Shown here one piece after another: positions 1-9,505 of a DNA stretch of 64,000 nucleotides. This DNA is from Candidatus Moraniibacteriota bacterium (GTDB lineage: Bacteria; Patescibacteriota; Minisyncoccia; Moranbacterales; UBA2206). Both the position numbers and the translations under genes were made by a program. The number at the start of each line of letters is the position of its first letter. The first letter of the stretch is position 1. The DNA lies in contig JAAXWW010000001.1 in assembly GCA_013334765.1 (NCBI GenBank), positions 39,816 to 103,815 on the forward strand. The letters run 5' to 3'. Under the pieces are notes generated by a model. The model ran no database searches. It had not been told where the DNA came from and was given only the letters and a program-made list of their open reading frames with translations.

Positions 1-66
1 ATAAGCTGGGGAAGGCTGACTTGTTTCTCTTTTTTTTCTATCATTATGAGTTGTCAATTGGATGAA

Positions 67-585
67 TTATTGCTCTATTTTGCTTCCTTGCGTCATGGCA
101 AGCTTGATGACCTGCTTTTCTTCTTCTGTTAGGGGATATTTTTCCGATTTGCCGCTGGAAATCGATTTCGAATATACCCTGGTCCCTTCGCGAGTATATA
201 GTGAAGTGATTACGACCCCGTTGTTTTTCCCGTCAAGCATGGCGATGGCGAAGCTCTGGTCGCCCCCGACATCTTTGAACGGATTGAAGCGCAGCGACGC
301 GAATTTGTGCAATCCGCTGAATGCCAAACTGTGGATCTGGTTGGATATGTTGTATAGCTCCTGAATATCCCTGTCAAGTATCTTGATGCTTTCCCCGTGG
401 CTCAATAGCAGTTCTTCGAGATTAGGCTGCTTTTTGCCAGTGAATATTTTCCTGAGGATTTCATGGGTGGAATTTATCTTCTTCCTTGAAATGATGATCC
501 AGATGATGAGGACAATAAAAAAAAGGACATTCCCGAGAATGGATATCAGGGCGAGCAGATTCGGATTCATTATTATGCTGGTCAT
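67..585 (-). CDS. DUF4446-like membrane-anchored protein
   Basis: N-terminal TM helix; motif RFNPFKDVGGDQSFAIAMLD...SLYTREGTRVYSK...LTEEE. Confidence 0.75.
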   Translation of the reverse strand: MTSIIMNPNLLALISILGNVLFFIVLIIWIIISRKKINSTHEILRKIFTGKKQPNLEELLLSHGESIKILDRDIQELYNISNQIHSLAFSGLHKFASLRFNPFKDVGGDQSFAIAMLDGKNNGVVITSLYTREGTRVYSKSISSGKSEKYPLTEEEKQVIKLAMTQGSKIEQ

Positions 586-653
586 AGGCCTTTGTCATTC
601 TAGACCAAGGCTAGCATTTATATAGGCTCGTGTAAAGGGATAAATGGGCGGAA

Positions 654-786
654 ATACGGCGGGCGAATCTCGCCTTCGCGTATCCATGGCGGACTTCTTC
701 GCGACATGGATCGCTTCAACGGACGAATCCCGCTTTCGCAGGCTAGGCGGACTTCGTCCGCCGTAGCCCGCTTCAGCGGGCGAAGG
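654..786. repeat. GC-rich nested palindromic repeat immediately 3' of tRNA-Ser
   Basis: Units resembling CCGCCTTCGC-hairpin-GCT(A/T)CGGCGGAC; similar units at 15566-15680 and 54411-54473. Confidence 0.55.
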
Positions 787-873
787 CGGAAGAGGTGGGA
801 TTTGAACCCACGAAGACATTTCTGCCTTGCAGCTTTTCGAGAGCTGTGCCTTCAACCACTCGGCCACTCTTCC
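787..873 (-). tRNA. tRNA-Ser(CGA)
   Basis: Reverse complement GGAAGAGTGGCCGAGTGG...CAGCT-CTCGAAA-AGCTG, long variable arm, GGTTCAAATCC T-loop; CCA not encoded. Confidence 0.95.
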
Positions 874-1018
874 ATATGTTTCATTTTCACTATTCCAAGT
901 TATAGGATTTTCGGGATATTCGCAAATGCATGCAAATCGATATTTGTTGATTTCAATATTTTATTGTAGAATTGGGCTATAGAAAAAGATAGTATGTAAA
1001 TTTTTTTCAAAGAACAAA

Positions 1019-1591
1019 ATGGAGGAGATAAAGAATGTTTCAATAGAGGGGGGTAGCCTCGGAGCTAAATTCATAGATCCTGAAAAAGTGATTGAGAGCT
1101 TGGAAATACTGCCCGGAATGTCCGTTGCGGAATTCGGATGCGGAACCGGATTTTTTGTTTTTCCGGTTTCCAAGAAGGTATCGGAGAGCGGACGCGTGTA
1201 TGCTCTTGATATCCTGAAAGAGAAGCTGGAAGCAATCGAGTCTCAGGCCAAAATAAACGGGATGAGCAACATAATCGTCAAAAGGGCTAATCTTGAGGCG
1301 GTGGGCGGATCGAAGCTGGAAGAAAACAGCATAGATTGGGTTTTTATGGTCAATATGCTTTTTCAAAACAAGCAAAAGGATCTGATTATCGCTGAGGCCA
1401 AGAGGGTCTTGAAGCCGAAAGGCAAGATGCTCATAATCGAATGGAATGGAAATGATTCTTCTTTCGGTCCGGCAAGGGATATAAAGCTTTCCAAAGAGGA
1501 ATTGCTTGCCCTTGGAGAAGATAGCCAGATGGCCTTTATAAAGGACATCGAAATAAGCGATTTCCATTACGGCCTAATATTCGCAAAATGA
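1019..1591 (+). CDS. class I SAM-dependent methyltransferase
   Basis: VAEFGCGTG motif I, VYALD, RVLKPKG. Confidence 0.85.
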   Translation: MEEIKNVSIEGGSLGAKFIDPEKVIESLEILPGMSVAEFGCGTGFFVFPVSKKVSESGRVYALDILKEKLEAIESQAKINGMSNIIVKRANLEAVGGSKLEENSIDWVFMVNMLFQNKQKDLIIAEAKRVLKPKGKMLIIEWNGNDSSFGPARDIKLSKEELLALGEDSQMAFIKDIEISDFHYGLIFAK

Positions 1592-2949
1592 AAAAGGAAA
1601 TAAAAACAATCCTGTTGGTTTTCTTCGTTTTCGGAACGCTATTGGTTTCCGGATGCGGATGCAAGCAGTCGTCAAACAATTATCGGATGAACCTCGAGGT
1701 GTGGGGTTTTTTGGATGACAGGGAGGCTCTCTCGGCCGTTTTTGACAATTATAAAAAGATAAACAAGAACATTGCTGGGATAACATATAGGAAGCTCTCT
1801 ACTGATACATACAAGAAAGAGCTGATCGAAGCTTTAGCTTCCGGTCAAGGGCCTGATATTTTCATGATCAGCAATTCGTGGCTTCCTAGCTTTCAGAACA
1901 AGCTCGTCTCTGCTCCAGCCGATATCTTCAACGAGCAGACCTATCGGAACAATTTCGTCGATACGGCTTCTGATGACTTCATTTCTCAAGGATCGATTTG
2001 GGCAGCGCCGCTCAGTGTCGATTCCCTGGGTCTCTACTACAATAAGGACATGTTCAATGTTGCCGGGATAACCTCTCCTCCGAAAACATGGAATGAATTC
2101 CTGAGCGATGTCAAGCTGCTGACAAGAGTGGATAGCGACGGGGAGATAACCCAGTCCGGTGTCGCCATGGGCACGGCATACAACATCAATCGTTCGACCG
2201 ACCTGCTTGGCATGCTCATGCTGCAAAGCGGAACGAAGATGTCCAATGAGGATCTCCAAGTGACTTTCAATAGCGATAACGGAAGAAACGCTCTTAATTT
2301 CTATACCCAATTCGCGAAATCAGCTTCTCCCACTTATTCATGGAACCCCAAGATGCATTATTCCATCGACGCTTTCTCAGAAGGCAAGACGGCTATGATG
2401 TTCAATTATTCATGGCACATCCAGACGATCAGGAGCAAATCCCCGAAGCTGAATTTCGCCGTTGCCAAAATCCCCCAATTCTCGGAATCCGCCCCGGTAA
2501 ACTACTCCAATTATTGGGCGATGACCGTCGCTAAGAACAAGATAGCGAGCGTGCCGTCAGGCAATCCGGCTGTTTCCAACGACATTCGCGTCAAGGAAGC
2601 TTGGAAGTTCATCAGATATTTGACTGCCAAGCCGGACGGGACTTTGGCGGCAGCAGATCAAAGCATCGGAAGCGTGACCGATAAGAATTTCGATCCGGCA
2701 GCGACCTATCTTGAAAAGGACAAGAGCCCCGCGGCCAGGAAAGACCTCATCGAAGCCCAGAAGACCGATCCCGATCTCGGCGCGTTCGCTTGGGGAAACC
2801 TGATTGCGAGGAATTGGAAGCAGGCCGATCCTGAATCGGTCGAACTGATAATGAGCGAAATGATCGATCAGGTCAATAAAGGGAATGCCGGCGTCGATGA
2901 GGCGATAAATGCCGCAGTTTCGAAAATAAACAAATCGATATCGAAATAA
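1588..2949 (+). CDS. family 1 extracellular solute-binding lipoprotein
   Basis: Lipobox-like LVSGC, GQGPDIF, LYYNKDMF, PPKTWNEF, FSEGKTAMMF. Confidence 0.85.
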   Translation: MKKEIKTILLVFFVFGTLLVSGCGCKQSSNNYRMNLEVWGFLDDREALSAVFDNYKKINKNIAGITYRKLSTDTYKKELIEALASGQGPDIFMISNSWLPSFQNKLVSAPADIFNEQTYRNNFVDTASDDFISQGSIWAAPLSVDSLGLYYNKDMFNVAGITSPPKTWNEFLSDVKLLTRVDSDGEITQSGVAMGTAYNINRSTDLLGMLMLQSGTKMSNEDLQVTFNSDNGRNALNFYTQFAKSASPTYSWNPKMHYSIDAFSEGKTAMMFNYSWHIQTIRSKSPKLNFAVAKIPQFSESAPVNYSNYWAMTVAKNKIASVPSGNPAVSNDIRVKEAWKFIRYLTAKPDGTLAAADQSIGSVTDKNFDPAATYLEKDKSPAARKDLIEAQKTDPDLGAFAWGNLIARNWKQADPESVELIMSEMIDQVNKGNAGVDEAINAAVSKINKSISK

Positions 2950-2970
2950 AATAAATAAAAAATATTTTTT

Positions 2971-3723
2971 ATGAAAAAGGGATATTTATTTCTGGGAATC
3001 GTTTTTTCGCTAGGTGTTTTCTTTGGAAGCTTTTCGGTGGCGAAGGCGGCTGAACAATGCTGCATGACATATAACTCTTCCACTGGCTCCTGGGATCTTA
3101 GTAGCGATGTAACTAACTGTACTGGAACAGTAGTTGATTATAGCTGTTCTGGCTCTTCATCAAGTTCCGATGCGTCCAGCGACAGCTCTTCCAGTATGAC
3201 TTTTGCTAATCCCCTCAAATACGATTCCATAAGCGCTTTCCTGACAGCCTTCCTGGAAAACCTGCAGGGGATAGTGGCGACGATCGCGGTTATCTTCATC
3301 ATCATCGGCGGCATCATGTATATGCTTTCAGCGGGAGATCCGAAGATGATTACCCGTGCCAAGGACGCTATTTTCGCTGCCATAATCGGATTAGCAATCG
3401 TTCTAGCTGCTCCGACATTCTTGAAAGAAGTAAGGAATATTCTGGGTGCGAAAAGCAGTTCTTCAGGCGATCAATCTGTCGACTCAGCCCTCAGTCTCCT
3501 GGATATCGCTAACAACGTCCTTACTTTTCTGTTGTCGATTGTCGGTATCCTTGCTATAATATCGATGGTGATTGGAGCGATAATGTATCTGACGGCATAC
3601 GGGGATGAGGACAGGACCAAGACGGGGAAGAAGATCATAACATATTCCCTGATCGGCATAGCGGTTGCGCTGGCCGCGCTCATTCTGGTCCAGCAAGTCG
3701 GGACGCTTCTGGGGAACAGTTGA
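2971..3723 (+). CDS. pilin (TrbC/VirB2-like), two pilin domains
   Basis: Two repeats of TM-GxxYxxxxG-x6-K-TM after a Cys/Ser-rich N-terminus. Confidence 0.75.
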   Translation: MKKGYLFLGIVFSLGVFFGSFSVAKAAEQCCMTYNSSTGSWDLSSDVTNCTGTVVDYSCSGSSSSSDASSDSSSSMTFANPLKYDSISAFLTAFLENLQGIVATIAVIFIIIGGIMYMLSAGDPKMITRAKDAIFAAIIGLAIVLAAPTFLKEVRNILGAKSSSSGDQSVDSALSLLDIANNVLTFLLSIVGILAIISMVIGAIMYLTAYGDEDRTKTGKKIITYSLIGIAVALAALILVQQVGTLLGNS

Positions 3724-3796
3724 TGAAAAAGATAGAATTTGGATAAAAAACAATTTATGCCATGGGCAAGCGCCCATGATCGGAAGGAGGTGTTAT

Positions 3797-4159
3797 ATGA
3801 CGAATAAAACAAAAAAGGTTGCTTATTTCATCGGATCCCTGGCTCTGACTGCTCCTTTTGCTGTTCTTGCCGCCGGTCTCGATCCGACAGCTGGAGGTAG
3901 CACGGGATTGCCGGACAGTTCCCTTACTGATATAGTGAAGAGCATCATGAACTGGCTCCTGATGATGATCGGAGTGTTCGCAGTCATCGGATTCGCTATC
4001 GCTGGAGTGCTGTATCTCACTGCTGCTGGCAATGAGAAGCAAGTCGATAGGGCGAAAAGCGCTATGACCTATTCCATTATCGGAGTTATCGTGGCTATTG
4101 CCGGATTAGTGGCTCTTAAAGTCGCCAATAATATTCTGGGAAGTTCGAACAATTTCTAG
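3797..4159 (+). CDS. pilin (TrbC/VirB2-like)
   Basis: AAGGAGGTG RBS before the 3797 ATG; WLL..IG....GVLYLTAAGNEKQVDRAKSAMTYSIIG. Confidence 0.8.
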   Translation: MTNKTKKVAYFIGSLALTAPFAVLAAGLDPTAGGSTGLPDSSLTDIVKSIMNWLLMMIGVFAVIGFAIAGVLYLTAAGNEKQVDRAKSAMTYSIIGVIVAIAGLVALKVANNILGSSNNF

Positions 4160-4171
4160 CAAGGAAAAACC

Positions 4172-4212
4172 AAAATAAAAATAAGAATCCCCGGAACGGG
4201 ATTTTTATTTTT
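4172..4212 (+). terminator. intrinsic terminator inside the pilin array
   Basis: AATCCCCG-GAA-CGGGGATT-type hairpin followed by a T-rich tract. Confidence 0.6.
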
Positions 4213-4303
4213 ACCTAAAAGCAGTCGGGTATATTAGCAAAAAGAGAGGCATGATTTGTCGCTGATACTATCCGTGGTATAATATATTCATCAAATCTAA
4301 ATA

Positions 4304-4705
4304 ATGAATAAAAAAATGAAAAACAAAAATGGGATGCGGTTTCTTGGTTTGGCTGTTTCTTTGCCTATGGGATTGCTGTCGGCTTTTGATGCCGCGAAAG
4401 CCTATGGAGAAACCTATGGCGGTTGGAGCATTGATGATATGACTGGCTATGGGCTTCCAGATTCTACCATTACGCAAATAATCATCGGTATCCTTTCTTG
4501 GCTGCTGGCTATCTTCGGGGTTCTGGGCGTTGTCGGATTCCTTGTCTCGGGAGTCATGTATCTGATTTCTTTCGGCGATGATGATATGATGAAGAGGGCT
4601 AAGAATGGGATGATGTATTCTATCTACGGAATAATAGTCGGTCTTGCCGGACTGGTTGTCATCAGGGCGGCATACACTCTTTTGAATGGAGGAGCTTTCT
4701 TTTAA
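4304..4705 (+). CDS. pilin (TrbC/VirB2-like)
   Basis: Paralogous to neighbours: GLPD, ILSWLL, GVMY..FGD....AK..MMYSIYG. Confidence 0.8.
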   Translation: MNKKMKNKNGMRFLGLAVSLPMGLLSAFDAAKAYGETYGGWSIDDMTGYGLPDSTITQIIIGILSWLLAIFGVLGVVGFLVSGVMYLISFGDDDMMKRAKNGMMYSIYGIIVGLAGLVVIRAAYTLLNGGAFF

Positions 4706-4715
4706 ATCAGTGAAT

Positions 4716-5066
4716 ATGAAAAAAACAAAAAAGATAATCCTGACATTATCCTTGGCGGCGCTTCTTTTTTCCTTGAAGGCTCACGCCATAGATTATCCGG
4801 AAGAGACCGGCCTTCCCGAGGGGACCGATATCCAAGGGATTCTGGAAAACATCCTCAGCTGGCTGCTGGGGATAGTCGGAACGCTGGCGCTCATCAGTTT
4901 TGTCATTTCCGGCATGCAGTATTTTCTTGCGACCGGAGACGACAAGGCGATGGGGACAGCCAAGAAAACGATGATGTATTCGATTATCGGCATCATCGTG
5001 GCGCTTTCCGGCTTCATCGCTATTCAGGCAATAAATTCGCTTCTGACGGGAGGGTATTCAGTGTAG
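4716..5066 (+). CDS. pilin (TrbC/VirB2-like)
   Basis: Signal peptide; GLPE, ILSWLL, GMQY..TGD....AK.TMMYSIIG. Confidence 0.8.
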   Translation: MKKTKKIILTLSLAALLFSLKAHAIDYPEETGLPEGTDIQGILENILSWLLGIVGTLALISFVISGMQYFLATGDDKAMGTAKKTMMYSIIGIIVALSGFIAIQAINSLLTGGYSV

Positions 5067-5087
5067 CTTTGTTTTTATGAAAAAAAG

Positions 5088-5125
5088 AAAGGCGCTTGCG
5101 GAACTGATGTCCGCAAGCGCCTTTT
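5088..5125. terminator. bidirectional terminator
   Basis: AAAGGCGCTTGCGGA...TCCGCAAGCGCCTTT between convergent genes. Confidence 0.8.
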
Positions 5126-5136
5126 GTGATGCCTCC

Positions 5137-6261
5137 CTACTTCTTGAAAATCTGAAGCGGAGAGCATGTTCCCTGACCGCATCTTAGTCTGATGCACATC
5201 TTATTTTCCAGAGAAAAAGAAGGTCCTTTCTTGAAGCTCCTCCCTTCGTCAAAAGAAACTTCTGCGAAGTAAGGGTTTAGGATGTAATTTCCTGGCTGAA
5301 GATCACAGACAACCGTTGCATAGCCATTTTCCAATTTCATGGGCAGGCTTTTCACGGGATCTTCATTTTTTTGATTAACATCCGATTTTGCTTTTTCGGC
5401 AGATGCTTTATCCGAAAGAGCCTGTTGCTCCTTTTGCCATCGATGATATTCATCGACAGTCATATTTTTCTGCGCTGCGGAAATCGCATCGCTATATTCA
5501 GCAGGAAGCTTTTTGCCTGGATTGGCCTTTTGCCATCCTAATGCTTCAGCCAATAATTGGTTATTAGCCGCTTCGGTCTGTTGTGATTGAACATCGCGGA
5601 TCTTGTTTATCAGCTGAGCTGTTGAACGCGGAGTGAAGCTGAGACTATTCAATCCGAGGAACTCCCTTGCTTGAGGAAATCCTATAGATACGCCGGATAG
5701 TATGTAAAACATCAGCGTAGCCGTTATTATCCATCGGAGCAAAACTTTGGACAATGACCATTTCCCAAGCAATGCTAATACTGTTGTTGTCATTAATACT
5801 ATCGTCATGACAACGCTGGAGCTGGCAAAAGCCTCCAGTCCGCATAGATAGTTTTGAAATATGACCAGGAAAAGCAATTGGATCGCTAATACCCACCTGA
5901 TCATGTCGAGGTATAATCTCGTTGCTGGATTGTCTAGGATCCCCGTTGCGGTTGCTGTTTTCGAACTGCCGAACAGCTGAAACGCTGCGCCTGAAAACTC
6001 GATAACTTCGCCGGCAATATGTACCTGCAGTGTCCTCCATGAAAAAACGAGACGCACTGCTGATGCGGCAACTACGGCCACGATGATAACCGATGACCAG
6101 CAAAACAACCTCGCCGATCCACCGATCATAAAGAAATGAAAGCTAGCAATAGTGGCCATTCCCAGTAGGGTTGCCATTGCTACAAAAAGCATTGCCCAAA
6201 ACAGTCTAGCTGTGAATCCCTTAAGCATGCTGCGCAGGGAATTAATCATATATCCAAACAT
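5137..6261 (-). CDS. hypothetical multi-pass membrane protein
   Basis: Long ORF with about 5 hydrophobic segments; GAGGAG RBS before the 6261 ATG. Confidence 0.65.
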   Translation of the reverse strand: MFGYMINSLRSMLKGFTARLFWAMLFVAMATLLGMATIASFHFFMIGGSARLFCWSSVIIVAVVAASAVRLVFSWRTLQVHIAGEVIEFSGAAFQLFGSSKTATATGILDNPATRLYLDMIRWVLAIQLLFLVIFQNYLCGLEAFASSSVVMTIVLMTTTVLALLGKWSLSKVLLRWIITATLMFYILSGVSIGFPQAREFLGLNSLSFTPRSTAQLINKIRDVQSQQTEAANNQLLAEALGWQKANPGKKLPAEYSDAISAAQKNMTVDEYHRWQKEQQALSDKASAEKAKSDVNQKNEDPVKSLPMKLENGYATVVCDLQPGNYILNPYFAEVSFDEGRSFKKGPSFSLENKMCIRLRCGQGTCSPLQIFKK

Positions 6262-6284
6262 AGCCTTCTCCTCAGAGATTCGCG

Positions 6285-6914
6285 TTAGGAGCGGAAAAGC
6301 TTTTTCCACCAGGGCCGATTTCTGAATTCTTCATCATAATCCCTGGTTGTGTCACTGGCATCCTTCAACATCTGTTCGATCAATGCCTTGAATCCAGCGA
6401 CGTTTTCACACAGGAATGGGAGAACGGATTCCTTCATGAGCCTTTGGAATTTTTCTAGGCTAGTGGACGAATCCACTGCTCCACCAACTGCAATTATATA
6501 CAATATGACCTGTGCCTTATTGGAACAACGCATTCCGATTTCTCTTAGAATCGTTATTCCGGCTCTGACTTTCCCAGGCTCAACATCGTCCTTATCCTTG
6601 AAGGTTACAAGGAGTCTAAAACTCCTTGCGAAATGAGTTCCTTTTCTTGCATCAAAGTATGCCAGATCTAGCATGGCATCCAGCAGCATCTCTTTTTGGT
6701 AGCTGGACAGTCCGCACTCGGCAAGATCTTTCGCGAAAAAGTTTTCATCTTCCCACGATTTGCCGTCGACGAGTCTCTGCTTTATTGCCTCTTGAATCGG
6801 GCTACTGAGCCCTAGGGTTGTATACATCTTTTTGGCTCCGTCCCAAATCTTCTTCAGGAGGACAAAAAGGGCACCCTCGGCCAACGCCTCAGTGAAAAAA
6901 CCAATTATGGACAT
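6285..6914 (-). CDS. hypothetical protein
   Basis: 209-aa ORF with GAGGGG RBS, ending PWWKKLF; co-oriented with the previous gene. Confidence 0.6.
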   Translation of the reverse strand: MSIIGFFTEALAEGALFVLLKKIWDGAKKMYTTLGLSSPIQEAIKQRLVDGKSWEDENFFAKDLAECGLSSYQKEMLLDAMLDLAYFDARKGTHFARSFRLLVTFKDKDDVEPGKVRAGITILREIGMRCSNKAQVILYIIAVGGAVDSSTSLEKFQRLMKESVLPFLCENVAGFKALIEQMLKDASDTTRDYDEEFRNRPWWKKLFRS

Positions 6915-7128
6915 GACGGTATCCCCTCTCGTTTTAAATTGTCAAAGAGCCTAGAGGCTCTCATTTGCCTCATTCTTGCAGGAACATCCTGCAACACCTG
7001 ATACTAGCACAAAACAAGAAAAAAGTCAATGATTGCGATGGCTTGTCTGAGCCAATTTTCCGGCTGTTTTTTTGCGAGCGCAAGCAGGAAACGGAAAATC
7101 CGGCTGATAGCGCCTATTTGAGCCGAAA

Positions 7129-7157
7129 TTGACATAATCGCCTCCAGCTGATATAAT
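7129..7157 (+). promoter_or_regulatory. sigma70-type promoter of nusA
   Basis: TTGACA-17 nt-TATAAT perfect consensus. Confidence 0.85.
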
Positions 7158-7235
7158 GACCCAAGATGAATGTTTGCTAATGGAAGTTCGCGGGAAGCGA
7201 ACTTTGTTTATTAATAAGGATAAAACCATAAAACT

Positions 7236-8537
7236 ATGCCAAGAAAAAAGGTACAGAAGGAAGAAGAGAGCCAGCCAGGAAAGATGGGTGATTTCGGTTC
7301 AGCTATAACCCAGATCTGCGAAGAGAAAGGGATCTCCAAAGATCGCGTGATCGAAACCATCGAAGCGGCTCTGGCTGCCGCATACAAGAAAGACTATGGA
7401 AAGAAAGGGCAGAACATCCGCGCCGCTTTCAACGAAGTCGACGGCGGAACCAAATTCTATTTAGTCAAAGAGGTCGTTGATGAGACCATGCGGGAATTCG
7501 TTGAGGAAGAAGAAATAGAGGAAGGACAAGAACAATCTGAGAGTGGGCATGTTCATGTTGCGGCAGAGCCCGCCTCCATCCCGCTTAGCGGGACTACGGC
7601 GGGTGAAAACGAGGAAGAAAAACTGCCTCGCTTCAATCCTGAGCGAGATCTGACCATGGACGAAGCCAAGGAAATCAAAGCCGATTCCAAAGTCGGAGAC
7701 ATAATCGAAATCGAACTTCCTGAAGAGAAGGATTATGGCCGAGTTGCAGCACAGACTGCCAAGCAGGTCATTATCCAAAGGATCCGCGAAGCCGAAAGGG
7801 ATTCCATGTATGACGAATACAAGAACAAGGAAGGCGAAATAGTGAGCGGCATCGTTCAAAGAGTCGAAGGCAGGAATGTTTTTATTGATCTCGGAAAATC
7901 TGTCGGCGTGCTCTTCCCTAATGAGCAGATGGAGAGGGAAAACTACCGCATCGGGCAAAGAGTGAAGGTATATCTCATGAAAGTCGATTCAGGTAGCAAA
8001 GGTCCCGGCATAACGCTGAGCCGCGTGCATCCCGAAATGGTCAAGCGCCTTTTCGAGCTTGAAGTCCCTGAGATATTCGCTGGAACAGTCGAAATCAAAT
8101 CCATCGCGAGAGAAGCCGGAGAGCGCACCAAGATTGCCGTCTCGTCGACTGAAGAAGGAATCGATCCGATCGGATCATGCGTCGGGCAGAAGGGAACGAG
8201 AGTGCAGGCCATTATCGACGAGCTGGGCGGGGAGAAGATCGATATTGTGCTTTGGAATGATGACATCTCGAAATTCATTTCAGCTGCGTTGAGCCCTGCC
8301 AAAGTCCTTAATGTCAACATAAACGAAGACAAGAAAGAAGCTATCGTGAACGTTCCTGAAGACCAGCTGTCGCTTGCCATCGGAAAACGCGGACAGAACG
8401 TCCGGCTGGCCGCCAAGCTGACCGGATGGAAGATCGATATTTCCGGCGTGGGAGCGGATGAAAGCAAGACTGAAGAAGAAGCTGAAACTGAAGCAGGATC
8501 CGATGCTCAGGAAGCGGAAGATTCCACTGAAGAATAA
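7236..8537 (+). CDS. nusA: transcription termination/antitermination factor NusA
   Basis: GRVAAQTAKQVI, S1 and KH domains, AIGKRGQNVRLAAKLTGWKIDI. Confidence 0.97.
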   Translation: MPRKKVQKEEESQPGKMGDFGSAITQICEEKGISKDRVIETIEAALAAAYKKDYGKKGQNIRAAFNEVDGGTKFYLVKEVVDETMREFVEEEEIEEGQEQSESGHVHVAAEPASIPLSGTTAGENEEEKLPRFNPERDLTMDEAKEIKADSKVGDIIEIELPEEKDYGRVAAQTAKQVIIQRIREAERDSMYDEYKNKEGEIVSGIVQRVEGRNVFIDLGKSVGVLFPNEQMERENYRIGQRVKVYLMKVDSGSKGPGITLSRVHPEMVKRLFELEVPEIFAGTVEIKSIAREAGERTKIAVSSTEEGIDPIGSCVGQKGTRVQAIIDELGGEKIDIVLWNDDISKFISAALSPAKVLNVNINEDKKEAIVNVPEDQLSLAIGKRGQNVRLAAKLTGWKIDISGVGADESKTEEEAETEAGSDAQEAEDSTEE

Positions 8538-8547
8538 TAACTACTTG

Positions 8548-9489
8548 ATGTCAAAAGATATGGCAAAGACTATTATTATAGGGCACAAAAATCCTGACAC
8601 CGATTCGGTTGTCGCGGCTTTGGCTGCTGAAAGATACTATAAGGAAGTCCTCAAGATAGACGCGAAGGCTTATAGTGCCGGAGAGATCAACAACGAGACC
8701 AAGTTCGTTCTGAAAACGCTTTCATTGAAGGCCCCGAGCCTCTTGAAAGCTGTCAAAAAAGATGACGCAGTTGTCCTGGTCGATCATAACGAATCCGGCC
8801 AGATCGCAGACGGGATATCCGCCTCTCAGATCGCGGGACTGATCGATCATCACAAGATTATTTTCGAAACCGAGCGCCCGATATCCATTCGCGTGGAACC
8901 GATCGGAAGCACCTCATCCCTGATTGCGAAGATGTATTTCGAATCAGGCAGGAAGGTATCCGCAAGCCTTGCCAAACTGCTTCTTTCGGGAATATTGTCT
9001 GACACGCTGGGACTATCCGGACCGACTACGACCGATGAGGACAGGAAAATCGTGAAAGCACTCAATAAGATCGCCAATATCGATATCAAGGAATTCGTCA
9101 GCGAGCTGTTCGCTGCCAAATCCAGCCTCAAAGGGATTTCGATCGAGACGCTGATCACCCAGGATTACAAACTGTTCGAAATGGGGCGCAGCAAGGTCGG
9201 TATCGGAGTCTGGGAGACCACCGATCCTGAAAGCGTGAATGCCGAGAAGGCGAAAATCCTCAAACTACTTTTCGAAAAGAAATTCAAAGAGAATCTGGAT
9301 TACATCTTCTTCTTCGTGGTGGATATCATCAAGCAGGGAAGCGTCCTGTATCTCATAAGCGATAACGAAAGCGAGCTTGCCAAGAAGGTTTTCAAGGGAA
9401 AGATCGAGGATAACGGAATGGTTCTTGAGGGAATAGTTTCCAGAAAGAAGCAGATGGCTCCGGTTCTGACCGCGGCATTAAGCAAATAA
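8548..9489 (+). CDS. ppaC: manganese-dependent inorganic pyrophosphatase (DHH family)
   Basis: GHKNPDTDS, LVDHN, IDHH, GILSDT, SRKKQ. Confidence 0.92.
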   Translation: MSKDMAKTIIIGHKNPDTDSVVAALAAERYYKEVLKIDAKAYSAGEINNETKFVLKTLSLKAPSLLKAVKKDDAVVLVDHNESGQIADGISASQIAGLIDHHKIIFETERPISIRVEPIGSTSSLIAKMYFESGRKVSASLAKLLLSGILSDTLGLSGPTTTDEDRKIVKALNKIANIDIKEFVSELFAAKSSLKGISIETLITQDYKLFEMGRSKVGIGVWETTDPESVNAEKAKILKLLFEKKFKENLDYIFFFVVDIIKQGSVLYLISDNESELAKKVFKGKIEDNGMVLEGIVSRKKQMAPVLTAALSK

Positions 9490-9505
9490 TTTTTTGAGTC
9501 TTATT

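Noticed and set aside
595-867. 90-aa minus-strand ORF
   Set aside because: It is a translation of tRNA-Ser and the adjacent repeat.
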